A DNA stretch of 64,000 bases from Candidatus Methylomirabilota bacterium (GTDB taxonomy: Bacteria > Methylomirabilota > Methylomirabilia > Methylomirabilales > CSP1-5), in assembly GCA_027293415.1 (NCBI GenBank), contig JAPUFX010000066.1, positions 9,779-73,778 of the forward strand, in the 5' to 3' direction. Within the stretch, counting starts at the first letter, position 1, and each line of letters begins with the position of its first letter. The position numbers were made by a program, and so were the translations under genes. Positions 41,562-51,447 of the stretch are shown here, in pieces. The notes under the pieces were generated by a model, which saw only the letters and a list, made by a program, of their open reading frames with translations, was not told the origin of the DNA and did not search any database.

Positions 41562-43649
41562 ATGAAGGCTTACGAAATCACGCAGATCCGGAATGTGGGG
41601 ATCGTTGCCCATGGACAGGAGGGAAAGACCTCCTTGACGGAGGCAATCCTCTTTGACACCGGGGCGCTGACCCGCCTTGGACGAGTAGAAGAAGGGAATA
41701 CCGCGACCGACTTTGACGAGGGTGAGATCAAGCGGGGGATCAGTATCAGCTCGGCCGTCGCCTTCTGTGAGTGGAAGGGGGTCAAGGTGAATCTCATCGA
41801 TACCCCCGGCTTCTCCAACTTTCTTCCCGACACCCGGATGTGCCTGCGCGTGGCGGATATCGCCCTCATCCTGGTCAGTGCGGTGGACGGGATCAAGGTC
41901 CAGACAGAAAAGGTCTGGGGATATGCGGAGGAGTATGGCCTGCCGGGTGTCTTCTTTGCGAACAAAATGGATCGGGAACGGGCGGATCTTTTTCGTACGG
42001 TCGAGGATATTCGAAAAGGCTTGCATCCCGCAGCCATCCCCTTGCAAATCCCCATAGGGGCCGAGGCTGGCTTCCGCGGGGTGGTGGATCTGTTGGCGAT
42101 GAAGGCGTACACCTTCCAGACCGACGGATCGGGAAAGTTCAAGGAGGAGGAGATACCGGCCGAGCTCAAGGACCGGGCGGGAGAGCTCCAGCATACGCTC
42201 GTTGAGGCGGTGGCGGAGTCGGAAGATAGCTTGCTTGAGCGCTATCTCGAGAGTGGCACGCTGAGCCCCGAAGAGCTGCGGACCGGCATCCGACGGGCTA
42301 TCGCCGCCAGGAAACTCTTCCCCGTCCTTTGCGGGTCGGCGTTAAAGAACATCGGCATCCAGCCTCTACTCGATGTCTTAATCGATATCTGCCCCTCTCC
42401 CTTGGATCGGCCGCTGGTGGAGGGAAAAGACACGAAGTCAAAGGAACGGGTTTCACGGGAGGCGCGGCCAGATGCACCGCTCACGGCGTTGATCTTTAAG
42501 ACCATTGGGGATCCTTACGCCGGCAAGATCAGCGTTTTCCGGGTGTATGCCGGCCGACTGAGTACCGATAGTAGTGTGTATAACGCCGTCAAAGAGACGA
42601 GAGAGCGGATCGGACAGGTATCGCTCCTTCGGGGAAAGCACCAGGTCCCCGTCGACGAAGTGGGCCCGGGAGACATCGGAGCTGTGGTAAAGCTGAAGGA
42701 GACTAGTACAGGGGATACGCTTGCCGACGAAAAATCTTCCATCCTGCTCGACCCCCTCCCTGTGCCCACACCCCTGATTTCTTACGCCATCGCTCCCAAG
42801 TCCAAAGGAGATGAGGAAAAACTGTCTGGGGCCTTAAGCCGCCTCCTGGAAGAGGACCCTAGCCTTAAGGTGAGCCGGGACCAGCAGACCAAGGAGACCA
42901 TTATCTCCGGAATGGGGAAGGTCCACTTGGAGGTGGCGGTGGAACGACTCAAGCGGAGGTTCGGCGTAGACGTCGCCATGAAGACCCCTCGTGTACCGTA
43001 CAAGGAGACGATCCGGGGGACCGCCTCCGTGCAGGGGAAATACAAAAAACAAACGGGGGGCCGTGGACAATACGGCGACTGCTGGATCAAGCTCGAGCCC
43101 ATGCCGCGGGGTGAGAAATACGAATTTGCCAATCAGATCGTCGGCGGGGTGATCCCCAGACAATACATCCCGGCCGTGGAGAAGGGGGTCGTGGAGGCGA
43201 TGGAACGAGGGGTCTTGGCCGGCTATCCCGTGACCGGCGTCAAGGTGAGCCTCTATGATGGATCGTTCCATTCAGTGGACTCTTCGGAGATGGCCTTTAA
43301 GATCGCCGGCTCCATGGCCTTGAAGAAGGGGGTTCAACAGGCCACCCCCATCCTTCTCGAACCGATTATGGCGGTCGAGGTGAGCGCCCCCGACGATGCG
43401 ATCGGGGATGTGATCGGCGATCTCAATTCTCGGCGGGGGCGGGTCATGGGGGTAGAGGGCAGGAGCAAGGGCCAGGTCATCAAGACGCTCGTCCCTCTCG
43501 CGGAAATGCTGGAGTATGCCCCCCAGCTGCGTTCCCTGACCGCAGATCGGGGAGACTACACCATGGAGTTTTCGCATTACGAGGAAGTTCCGGCCCACAT
43601 CCAGGAAAAGCTGGTGGCCGAGGCCAAGCAGGAAGAAAAAGGGGCCTAA
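41562..43649 (+). CDS. Elongation factor G paralog (EF-G2-like translational GTPase)
   Basis: ATG 41562. 695 aa with G motifs AHGQEGKTS, DTPGF and NKMD, and EF-G domains II-V. Clearly diverged from the str-operon fusA. The track start 41376 is a spurious extension. Confidence 0.85.
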   Translation: MKAYEITQIRNVGIVAHGQEGKTSLTEAILFDTGALTRLGRVEEGNTATDFDEGEIKRGISISSAVAFCEWKGVKVNLIDTPGFSNFLPDTRMCLRVADIALILVSAVDGIKVQTEKVWGYAEEYGLPGVFFANKMDRERADLFRTVEDIRKGLHPAAIPLQIPIGAEAGFRGVVDLLAMKAYTFQTDGSGKFKEEEIPAELKDRAGELQHTLVEAVAESEDSLLERYLESGTLSPEELRTGIRRAIAARKLFPVLCGSALKNIGIQPLLDVLIDICPSPLDRPLVEGKDTKSKERVSREARPDAPLTALIFKTIGDPYAGKISVFRVYAGRLSTDSSVYNAVKETRERIGQVSLLRGKHQVPVDEVGPGDIGAVVKLKETSTGDTLADEKSSILLDPLPVPTPLISYAIAPKSKGDEEKLSGALSRLLEEDPSLKVSRDQQTKETIISGMGKVHLEVAVERLKRRFGVDVAMKTPRVPYKETIRGTASVQGKYKKQTGGRGQYGDCWIKLEPMPRGEKYEFANQIVGGVIPRQYIPAVEKGVVEAMERGVLAGYPVTGVKVSLYDGSFHSVDSSEMAFKIAGSMALKKGVQQATPILLEPIMAVEVSAPDDAIGDVIGDLNSRRGRVMGVEGRSKGQVIKTLVPLAEMLEYAPQLRSLTADRGDYTMEFSHYEEVPAHIQEKLVAEAKQEEKGA

Positions 43650-43660
43650 CGAAATTCCCC

Positions 43661-43689
43661 TTGCCTCTGGTTGGATGCTGTACTATATT
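43661..43689 (+). promoter_or_regulatory. Candidate promoter of the rimP-nusA-infB operon
   Basis: TTGCCT (43661-43666), a 17-nt spacer, then TATATT (43684-43689). Confidence 0.3.
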
Positions 43690-43702
43690 CAGGGGGAGAA
43701 AA

Positions 43703-43730
43703 GTGGGCAATAGCCCACTTTCTTATTTTC
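43703..43730 (+). terminator. Intrinsic terminator hairpin (EF-G2 terminator and/or rimP leader attenuator)
   Basis: GTGGGC aata GCCCAC followed by TTTCTTATTTTC. It ends 15 nt before the rimP ATG. Confidence 0.7.
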
Positions 43731-43744
43731 TGGGGACGGGAAAG

Positions 43745-44212
43745 ATGTCTACGGTCGATCTGGTTGTAGAGCGAGTCCGAACCGTTGCCCTTCCCCTGAT
43801 AGAAAGCCAGGGGATGACGCTGGTGGACGTGGAATTTCGTCGGGAAGCACGGGGTTGGGTGCTTCGACTGTACCTGGACCGGCCGGAGGGGGTCACACTG
43901 GAGAACTGCAGCGAGGTCAGTGCGCAGCTCTCTGACCTCTTGGACGTGGAAGGGCTCATCGAGCATCCTTATAGCTTGGAAGTTTCCTCAGCCGGATTGA
44001 ACCGCGTTCTCAAGACGCCGCAGGATTTCATGCGATTTGCTGGCCGGTTGGCCCGGCTCGAGACCGCGGCTCCTATCGGCGGGCAGCGACGGTTCCGTGG
44101 CCGATTAGAGGGATACCGGGAGGGCATGGTGATCTTGCGACAGGCCGAGGGACCGACGCTTCTTCTACCCTTAGAGGCGATTGTGAAGGCCCGGCTTGAG
44201 GTCGAACTATAG
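43745..44212 (+). CDS. rimP: Ribosome maturation factor RimP
   Basis: ATG 43745. 155 aa. Position upstream of nusA. LVDVEFRREARGWVLRLYLD. Confidence 0.88.
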   Translation: MSTVDLVVERVRTVALPLIESQGMTLVDVEFRREARGWVLRLYLDRPEGVTLENCSEVSAQLSDLLDVEGLIEHPYSLEVSSAGLNRVLKTPQDFMRFAGRLARLETAAPIGGQRRFRGRLEGYREGMVILRQAEGPTLLLPLEAIVKARLEVEL

Positions 44213-44217
44213 TGTCA

Positions 44218-44280
44218 GTCTAAGGTCCAACGTCCAAGGTCCAACGGTACGGCACCATGTAACATAGACGTTGGACCTTT
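44218..44280. repeat. Heptad inverted repeat, class C
   Basis: Left arm GTCTAAG GTCCAAC GTCCAAG GTCCAAC GGT. Right arm GACGTTGGACCTTT. Confidence 0.78.
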
Positions 44281-44296
44281 CGTGAGAGGGAGACGA

Positions 44297-45703
44297 ATGG
44301 CGCTAGATCTAATCCAGGTTATCGAGCAGATCGGACGAGAGAAAGGGATCGAACGAGAGGTGCTCATCGATGCCGTTGGGGCGGCGATCTTGTCCGCGTC
44401 TCGGAAAACCTTGGGGACTTTGTCGGAGTACCGGGTTGACTTTGATCAGGCCTCCGGGCGGTTTATTCTGTACAAGGTAAAGAAGATCGTGGAAGAGGTG
44501 ACGAATCCACGGACCGAGATGACGCTTGAAGAGGCCCGTCGGCATCAGCCAGATCTTGAACTCGGGGGTGAGTTCCGGACTGAGGTCGAACCTCCCGGCT
44601 TTGGCCGGATCGCCGCCCAAACCGCAAAGCAGGTGATCATTCAGCGGGTCCGAGAGGCGGAACGAGACAGCATCTACCAGAGCTTCAAGAACCGCGAAGG
44701 AGAACTGATTACCGGAATCGTCCAGCGGGTGGTAAAGAGTAATGTGATCGTTAATGTGGGTAAGGCGGAAGCAATTCTTCCTCCTCGGGAGCAGCTTTCA
44801 CGAGAGGATTATCGCCCTGGTGACCGGATCCGAGCCTACATCGTAGAGGTCAAGAAGGGAACACGGGGGGCTACCGTGCTCCTGTCGCGCAGCCATCCGG
44901 GGATGTTGTTGAGGCTCTTCGAGATCGAGGTTCCGGAGGTCGAGGAAGGGATTGTAGAGATCAAGGGGGTGGCTCGGGAACCGGGGGAGCGGGCTAAGAT
45001 CGCCGTCATCTCCCGTGACAGCAACGTCGACCCGGTGGGGGCTTGCGTAGGCTACCGGGGTTCCCGAGTCCAGGCGATCGTCCGGGAGTTGGGAGGCGAG
45101 AAGATCGATATCATCCCCTGGCAAGAAAGTCCGGCGAATTTCGTGCGGAATGCACTGGCCCCCGCTCAGGTGGAGTCCGTCACGGCGGATGAGTCAAGCC
45201 GCGCGCTGCATGTGCTGGTGGCGGACGAGCAGCTGTCCCTAGCCATCGGAAGACGCGGGCAGAATGCCCGCCTGGCAGCCAAGCTGGTGGGGTGGAGGGT
45301 GGACATCAAGAGTCGTGCTGAGCTTGCTCGAGAGACAGAGCAAAAAGCGAGGCAAGCTCGGGCCACCCTTGATGAGCTGGCAAGAGTCCCCGGGGTTGGC
45401 CCCAGCATCGCGGGGCGATTGGTTGAGGCCGGCTTTGAGACGCTCGATCGACTGGTGCAGGCGTCCGCGGAGGACCTGATGGCCGTCAAAGGCATCGGGC
45501 CTCGGACGGCCGACATGATCGTCACGGCCATTCAAGAACTCTTGTCCCGTCCCGCGCCGGCGAAGGAGCCAGCCGCGATCACCGAGGGAGTCCTACCTGA
45601 GGAGGAAACCGTCGGGGAAGGGGAAGCCACCGAGGAGGAGAAGGTCGTCGTGGAGGAGGAAATCCTCCAGCAGCAGCAGGCCGTCGAGCCGGAGATCGCG
45701 TAA
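44297..45703 (+). CDS. nusA: Transcription termination/antitermination factor NusA
   Basis: ATG 44297 after GAGGGAG. S1 and KH domains, a C-terminal HhH region and an acidic tail. Confidence 0.95.
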   Translation: MALDLIQVIEQIGREKGIEREVLIDAVGAAILSASRKTLGTLSEYRVDFDQASGRFILYKVKKIVEEVTNPRTEMTLEEARRHQPDLELGGEFRTEVEPPGFGRIAAQTAKQVIIQRVREAERDSIYQSFKNREGELITGIVQRVVKSNVIVNVGKAEAILPPREQLSREDYRPGDRIRAYIVEVKKGTRGATVLLSRSHPGMLLRLFEIEVPEVEEGIVEIKGVAREPGERAKIAVISRDSNVDPVGACVGYRGSRVQAIVRELGGEKIDIIPWQESPANFVRNALAPAQVESVTADESSRALHVLVADEQLSLAIGRRGQNARLAAKLVGWRVDIKSRAELARETEQKARQARATLDELARVPGVGPSIAGRLVEAGFETLDRLVQASAEDLMAVKGIGPRTADMIVTAIQELLSRPAPAKEPAAITEGVLPEEETVGEGEATEEEKVVVEEEILQQQQAVEPEIA

Positions 45704-46276
45704 ATGACTGCGGTCTCACGAGCGACTCCAGAGCGAACCTGCGTGGGTTGTGGGCGGAGACGAGAACAGGAGGAACTCGTTCGGTTCAGTGGCGGTCCGG
45801 CTGGGCTGCGCGCGTATCTGGAGAGGGGGGAAGGACGGGGAGCGTATCTCTGTCCCGACGCTGGATGCCTGGAACGGACGGTGAGGCGGAAGGCATTACA
45901 GCGAGCTCTTGGAGCGGAACTCGGCCCGTTGAGTGTTCAGCAGCTTCGGGAGTCGATCCAACAGGCAGTCCTTCAGAAGGTCCAAAGGCTCCTCGGCCTG
46001 GCTCGAAGAGCCAAAAGAGTCGTAGCGGGCTCCAGGGCGGTTTCGCGAGCGCTGCAGGCAGATAGAATTCGACTTCTCCTATTAAGTCGGGATATCTTGC
46101 CGCAAGGGGAAAAACAATTTCGGGTTGAGGCAAAGAGGCGTGGGGCTGCTATAGTGACTTTGTTCTCCCGGGATGAGCTGGGAGCGCCACTCGGCGGTCC
46201 GCGAGAAGTGGTCGGGATTTTAGATGGGAGCTTTGCCCATGGCATCCTCCAGGCCGTGCGGTACTGGATCCCGTGA
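45704..46276 (+). CDS. Fusion of YlxR/DUF448 RNA-binding domain and L7Ae/YlxQ-like domain
   Basis: The N-terminus [19 protein letters not shown] is the DUF448 signature. The C-terminal half ([34 protein letters not shown]...) is L7Ae-like. It sits between nusA and infB. Confidence 0.75.
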   Translation: MTAVSRATPERTCVGCGRRREQEELVRFSGGPAGLRAYLERGEGRGAYLCPDAGCLERTVRRKALQRALGAELGPLSVQQLRESIQQAVLQKVQRLLGLARRAKRVVAGSRAVSRALQADRIRLLLLSRDILPQGEKQFRVEAKRRGAAIVTLFSRDELGAPLGGPREVVGILDGSFAHGILQAVRYWIP

Positions 46277-46326
46277 ACGACGGGGAGTGGCGGCCGGACG
46301 AGGAGCAGGAAGGGGAGGTGGTAGGC

Positions 46327-48753
46327 GTGAGTAAGATCCGGGTATTCGAGCTGGCCAAGGAGCTTGGCCTCTCCAACATAGAGGTCATCGAGCGCCTGGC
46401 AAAGGCGGGAGTCTCTGTAAAGAGCCACAGTAGCTCGGTGGACGAGGCGGCAGCCCGGGTAGTCTTATCAAAGCCAGGGGTCCGCGAAGAAAAGGTGGTA
46501 AAGAAGATAGCGAAGGAGAAACTTGCCCGAAAGCCGCCCGCGAAAGCTGAGGTAGCCAAGCGGGAAAAGGTGTCTGTTGAGGCAAAGCCTACCCCTGAGC
46601 GAAAAGTGGCAGCGAGACCGATCCCTGCGCCGCCTAGTCCGGCCCCAGAGGTGGAGACCAAGCCGAAGTCTCCGCCGACAGCGGTGAAGCGTCCCAGGGA
46701 GAAGGCCTCTCCCCGGCCCCCGGCCCGAGAGAAAGAGACGGTGGCCGTGAAGCCCAGACCTGCCACGGCGCCGCCCAAGCCGGCCGCACCACCCACACCT
46801 CCTTCGGAGGTAAAGCGTCCCCCAGTTGGGGTTCATCCTCCAGGGACTCCTGTAATAGAAAAGAGGGCTCCGGTGGCGGAACCGCCGTCCCGAGTGACGG
46901 CAGAACCGGCAGCGCCGACCGTCCCGGCCCCGCCGAAGGCGCCCGAGGTCACGGAACCGGTGAGCCCCCCGCTTGCCAAGGTAATCAAGATTCCTGAAAC
47001 GATCACCGTGAAGGAGTTCAGCGAGAAACTCGGCACTAGCCCCAGTGAGATCATTAAGAAGTTGATGAAGATGGGGATCATGGCCACCGTCAACCAGAAC
47101 CTGAATCCCGAACTGGTGAAGCAGGTTGCGGCTAAGATGGGTTTTGATGTGGAGATGGCCCCGGTTGAAGAGGTCGTCGCCGAAGTCGAGGACCCAACCC
47201 AACTCCGCTCCAGGCCACCCGTGGTGACGGTCATGGGGCATGTCGATCACGGGAAAACCTCTCTACTGGACGCCATCCGGCATACCGACGTCATTGCTGA
47301 AGAGGTGGGAGGAATCACTCAGCATATCGGTGCATATGAGGTGGAGCTCCCCCCGGACACTTCGGAAAAGTTTCCCGGTGGTCGCGTGGTCTTTCTAGAT
47401 ACCCCTGGGCATGAAGCCTTCACCTCGATGCGGGCGCGGGGGGCACGTGTGACCGATGTGGTGGTGTTAGTCGTGGCCGCCGATGACGGGGTGATGCCCC
47501 AGACCGTTGAGGCCATAAATCATGCCAAGGATGCGAATGTTCCGATTCTGGTCGCCATTAACAAGATCGACAAGCCGGACGCGGACCCCAACCGGGTGAA
47601 GCAGCAGCTGTCCGAATATGGGCTCATCCCGGAGGAGTGGGGGGGACAAACCATCTTTGTTGAAGTCTCTGCCAAAAATCGACTCGGTATCGAGGATCTC
47701 TTGGAAATGCTCCTCCTGCAGGCAGAGATCATGGAGCTGAAGGCGAATCCTTTCAAGCCGGCGAGAGGAGTGGTGGTCGAGGCGAAACTCGACCGGGGCC
47801 GGGGTCCGGTGGCCACCGTGCTCGTTCAACAGGGGACGCTCAGGATCGGGGATGTGTTCGTGGTCGGCAGTCGGTATGGGCGTGTCCGAGCCTTGTTCAG
47901 CGACAAAGGGCAAAAAGTTCAAGAGGTCGGCCCCGCGACCCCGGTGGAGATCTTGGGTCTCTCCGGTGTTCCGGGCGCCGGGGATGCCTTCGGCGCGGTC
48001 GCTGACGAGCGGAAGGCCCGGCAGGTAGCCTTGATCCGCCAGCAGCAGCAGCGGGACGATGTATTTGCCGCCCAACGCCGCCTGACGCTCGACGACCTGC
48101 ATGATCGGATCAGGAAGGGGGAGGTGAAGGAGCTCCGGCTGGTCCTCAAAGGGGACGTCCAGGGCTCCATCGAGCCGGTTAGGGAGTCACTGGAGCGGTT
48201 GAGCTCCCCAGAAATCAAGTTGAGGGTGATCCACTCAGGCGTGGGAGGGGTGAGTGAGTCAGATGTCATGCTTGCCTCCGCCTCGAATGCGATCATTCTC
48301 GGTTTCAATGTGCGCCCTGATCCGAAGGCCCAAAGGCTGGCGGGACAGGCGGCGGTGGAAATGCGGCTGTACACGGTCATCTACGATGCGGTCGCCGAGA
48401 TCAGGAAGGCGATGGAAGGGATGCTGGAGCCCCACTATGTCGAGCGGGGCATGGGTCGGGCCGAAGTCCGGGCTACTTTCAGCGTCCCCAAGCTCGGGAC
48501 GGTTGCCGGCTGCTACGTCAGCGATGGGAAGATCCTTCGGGATAGCGCCATGCGCCTTATCCGCGATAGCCGGGTCATCCATGAAGGGAAGATTGCCTCG
48601 CTCCGCCGCTTCAAAGAAGATGTCCGTGAAGTCCAGAGCGGCTATGAGTGTGGCATCGGTTTGCTGAACTTCAGCGATATCAAGGCGGGAGACATCATCG
48701 AGGTGTTCGAGCTGGTCCCCGTAGCCCCCAAGCTGCAACCGACCCATAATTGA
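46327..48753 (+). CDS. infB: Translation initiation factor IF-2
   Basis: GTG 46327 after GGAGGTG gives [13 protein letters not shown], the canonical IF-2 N-terminus. Pro/Ala/Lys-rich linker. [14 protein letters not shown] and NKID motifs. The track start 46273 is a possible alternative. Confidence 0.95.
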   Translation: MSKIRVFELAKELGLSNIEVIERLAKAGVSVKSHSSSVDEAAARVVLSKPGVREEKVVKKIAKEKLARKPPAKAEVAKREKVSVEAKPTPERKVAARPIPAPPSPAPEVETKPKSPPTAVKRPREKASPRPPAREKETVAVKPRPATAPPKPAAPPTPPSEVKRPPVGVHPPGTPVIEKRAPVAEPPSRVTAEPAAPTVPAPPKAPEVTEPVSPPLAKVIKIPETITVKEFSEKLGTSPSEIIKKLMKMGIMATVNQNLNPELVKQVAAKMGFDVEMAPVEEVVAEVEDPTQLRSRPPVVTVMGHVDHGKTSLLDAIRHTDVIAEEVGGITQHIGAYEVELPPDTSEKFPGGRVVFLDTPGHEAFTSMRARGARVTDVVVLVVAADDGVMPQTVEAINHAKDANVPILVAINKIDKPDADPNRVKQQLSEYGLIPEEWGGQTIFVEVSAKNRLGIEDLLEMLLLQAEIMELKANPFKPARGVVVEAKLDRGRGPVATVLVQQGTLRIGDVFVVGSRYGRVRALFSDKGQKVQEVGPATPVEILGLSGVPGAGDAFGAVADERKARQVALIRQQQQRDDVFAAQRRLTLDDLHDRIRKGEVKELRLVLKGDVQGSIEPVRESLERLSSPEIKLRVIHSGVGGVSESDVMLASASNAIILGFNVRPDPKAQRLAGQAAVEMRLYTVIYDAVAEIRKAMEGMLEPHYVERGMGRAEVRATFSVPKLGTVAGCYVSDGKILRDSAMRLIRDSRVIHEGKIASLRRFKEDVREVQSGYECGIGLLNFSDIKAGDIIEVFELVPVAPKLQPTHN

Positions 48754-48762
48754 GGACGACCC

Positions 48763-48797
48763 GTTCACTGAGATTGGTGAACAGGCCATGCTGAACC
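48763..48797. repeat. Mini class A-like hairpin (GTTCAC/GTGAAC plus CTGAACC)
   Basis: gttcac tgagattg gtgaac, followed by ctgaacc 8 nt downstream. Confidence 0.4.
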
Positions 48798-48804
48798 GGG
48801 GGCA

Positions 48805-49110
48805 ATGATGGTTGTGGGAACCTGTCGGCTAGAGCTCAGGATCCCTCACACCTCTTCGCTGAAGGGGAAGAGGCAGGTCCTGCGCAGCATTAAGGATCGG
48901 GTGCGGAGTCGGTTCAACGTTTCCATCGCCGAAGTGGGCTATCTCGAGGAATGGCAGCGGGCGACGTTAGCCGTGGCCTGCGTGAGCAACGAGGCCAAGA
49001 GGGTAGATGAGGTGCTGAACAAGGTGGTCGATCTCATTGAAGGACACGGGTTAGCCCTGCTCGTGGATTACGACATTGATGTCGTCGTCCACGGTGACGG
49101 GTTTGCCTGA
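48805..49110 (+). CDS. DUF503 (YlxP-like) protein
   Basis: 101 aa. Position between infB and rbfA. GTCRLELRIPHTSSLKGKRQV. Confidence 0.8.
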   Translation: MMVVGTCRLELRIPHTSSLKGKRQVLRSIKDRVRSRFNVSIAEVGYLEEWQRATLAVACVSNEAKRVDEVLNKVVDLIEGHGLALLVDYDIDVVVHGDGFA

Positions 49111-49140
49111 AGTCGAGGGGGGGACTTTCCGAAAGGGTCT

Positions 49141-49503
49141 GTGGCGATGTCGCGGGCAGCACGAGTGGGGGATCTGTTGAAAGAGGAGATCAGTGACCTC
49201 CTGCTGCGCAACATCAGGGATCCTCGGATCGGGTTCGTGACCATCACCGAGGTGCATGTGAGTGCCGATCTCCGGCATGCCCGAGTCTATTTCGTGACTC
49301 ACGAGGGCGGTGAGGAGCAACAGCGTACCCTGGAAGGGTTGGAAAGTGCTCGCGGCTACCTCCGGGGTGAGCTCGGACGACGCCTCCACCTCCGGTACGC
49401 TCCGGATCTGAGTTTCACCGTGGACGAGACCTTGGATCACAGTTTCAAGATCCGGGAGATCCTCAAGTCCTTGGAGACAGAGGTCAAGCTGGATGAGGAG
49501 TGA
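49141..49503 (+). CDS. rbfA: Ribosome-binding factor A
   Basis: 120 aa. RVGDLLKEEISDLLL...ITEVHVSADLRHARVYF. Start is GTG 49141 or ATG 49147. Confidence 0.92.
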   Translation: MAMSRAARVGDLLKEEISDLLLRNIRDPRIGFVTITEVHVSADLRHARVYFVTHEGGEEQQRTLEGLESARGYLRGELGRRLHLRYAPDLSFTVDETLDHSFKIREILKSLETEVKLDEE

Positions 49504-50491
49504 TCTTCAAAAGATCGTGACAGCCCTGCAGAGTACTGCCTCAGTGGCCATCCTCTCGCACATCCATCCGGAAGGAGATACTATCGGCTCCGCATTAGGA
49601 TGCCATCTCACGTTGAAGGCTTTGGGAAAGGAGGTGGCCACCTTTAACCCAGATCCGGTTCCGAAGAACCTGCGCGGCTTGCCGGGGGCAGGTGAGGTGA
49701 TCCAGGCAGACCGGCTGCTCCGTTCCTTTGACTGTTATCTTGCCGTGGATGCCACGGACCCCGGGCGCCTGGGCGGGTTGCTCAGCGGGGTGGCAACCGG
49801 AAGTCTGGTGATCAATATCGACCACCACATCAGCAATACCCGCTTTGGGACGTATAACTGGGTGGATCCGGAAGCTGCAGCCACTGGCGAGATGATCTAT
49901 CACCTGATCGAGGAGATGGGAACTCCTCTTTCCCGCGAGATTGCCACCAACCTCTATGTCGCAATCCTGACCGATACCGGCTCCTTTCACTATGCCAATA
50001 CCACCCCACGGGCCCTTCGCGTGGCGGCAGCGCTGATTGAAGCCGGGGTCGTTCCCCAAAAGGTGGCGGACCTGCTTTTTGATCAGTGCGAGGTTGAGGA
50101 GCTCCTTCTCCTGGGAACTCTCCTCACGAAAATGCAGCTCTCGTCCGATGGGGTAGTGGCGTGGATGGAGGTGACTCAGCAAATGCTGGAGCAGGAGGGG
50201 CTTGGGAAGGATGCCTTGGAAGGTCTGATCAACTACCCCCGTTCGATCAAGGGAGTGGCAGTCGCCTTGCTCTTCAAGGAGGAGGCCCAGGAGGCGGTGC
50301 GGGTCAGTCTCCGATCGAAAGGGGACGTGGACGTGGCGGCCGTGGCCAAAGCCTTCCAGGGAGGCGGGCATAAGAATGCTGCCGGCTGTACCCTGATCGG
50401 CCCGCTGCCGGAGGTTCGGGAGCGTGTCTTCGGGGAGATCCGTCGGGTTGTTACAGTGACGGGAGACGAATCTGCTGATGGCAAGGGCTGA
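49493..50491 (+). CDS. nrnA: DHH/DHHA1 phosphoesterase (NrnA-like oligoribonuclease/pAp phosphatase)
   Basis: SHIHPEGDTIGS, IDHH and GGGHKNAAG motifs. Confidence 0.85.
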   Translation: MRSDLQKIVTALQSTASVAILSHIHPEGDTIGSALGCHLTLKALGKEVATFNPDPVPKNLRGLPGAGEVIQADRLLRSFDCYLAVDATDPGRLGGLLSGVATGSLVINIDHHISNTRFGTYNWVDPEAAATGEMIYHLIEEMGTPLSREIATNLYVAILTDTGSFHYANTTPRALRVAAALIEAGVVPQKVADLLFDQCEVEELLLLGTLLTKMQLSSDGVVAWMEVTQQMLEQEGLGKDALEGLINYPRSIKGVAVALLFKEEAQEAVRVSLRSKGDVDVAAVAKAFQGGGHKNAAGCTLIGPLPEVRERVFGEIRRVVTVTGDESADGKG

Positions 50492-51443
50492 AGGCCGAGA
50501 GATCTACGGGGTTCTCAATATCAATAAATCGGCAGGGATGACCTCCCATGACGTGGTAGATGCCGTGCGACGGCTGTACCACGTCCGAAAGGTCGGACAT
50601 ACGGGGACATTGGATCCTCGGGGGACCGGCGTCCTTCCCTTGTGTCTGGGCCGGGCCACAAAAATTGCTCAATTCCTCACCACCGCCGACAAGGAGTACG
50701 AGATAGTGGTCCATCTCGGGGTGGCCACCGATACGCAGGATGCCGATGGCAAGGTCATTGGCGAGGCGGAGGTCCGAGTGACGCGGGAGGAGGTGGAACG
50801 GGCCCTGACGGGTTTTGTGGGGGAAATTCAGCAAGTCCCCCCCCTCTTCTCAGCGAAACGGGTACGGGGAGAGCGCCTGTACAAGCTGGCCCGCCGCGGA
50901 GAGGACGTTCCGCGGCAACCCGTGACGATTCAGATCTATGGCATACGTCTCATCTCCTTCAATTCCCCTTTTGTGGGGCTCTGGGTTCACTGCAGCAAGG
51001 GGACCTACGCACGAACACTCTCCGATGATCTGGGAAAGAGGCTGGGCTGTGGCGCCCACCTGTACAGCCTGGTCCGGATTCGGGCGGGGCGCTTCGAGCT
51101 GAAGGATGCCCTGAGCCTGAGCGACCTCACGGTCTTGGTGGCGGCTGGCCGGGGGGAGGAACCGCTCATCACCGTCGAGGAGGCTCTCGGCCACATCCCG
51201 GCAGTGCGGATCTTACCTGAAGCTTCCCACCTTATTCTCCATGGCTCGCCGGTCACCGCTGCGCAAGTGGTCAGTGTTCCCTCGGAGATAAAAAGGGGGG
51301 TGCTGGTCCGGGTTTTGGGGTTCCGGCGGCAACTCTTGTCGCTGGCCACAGCCACGGTAGACGCGGCGGACTTTACCCGGGTGGACCCACGCCGGGCAGT
51401 CCTGACACCGGTTCGGGTTTTCAGTTCTCCTCAAAGCCATTAA
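50478..51443 (+). CDS. truB: tRNA pseudouridine(55) synthase
   Basis: GVLNINKSAGMTSHDVV...GHTGTLDP catalytic Asp motif. Confidence 0.94.
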   Translation: MARAEGREIYGVLNINKSAGMTSHDVVDAVRRLYHVRKVGHTGTLDPRGTGVLPLCLGRATKIAQFLTTADKEYEIVVHLGVATDTQDADGKVIGEAEVRVTREEVERALTGFVGEIQQVPPLFSAKRVRGERLYKLARRGEDVPRQPVTIQIYGIRLISFNSPFVGLWVHCSKGTYARTLSDDLGKRLGCGAHLYSLVRIRAGRFELKDALSLSDLTVLVAAGRGEEPLITVEEALGHIPAVRILPEASHLILHGSPVTAAQVVSVPSEIKRGVLVRVLGFRRQLLSLATATVDAADFTRVDPRRAVLTPVRVFSSPQSH

Positions 51444-51447
51444 GACC

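Noticed and set aside
41562-43649. EF-G paralog as a tetracycline ribosomal-protection protein (TetM/TetO type).
   Set aside because: There is no resistance-island context. Its length and domain order equal those of EF-G. It cannot be told apart from EF-G2 without a phylogeny, so no resistance claim is made.
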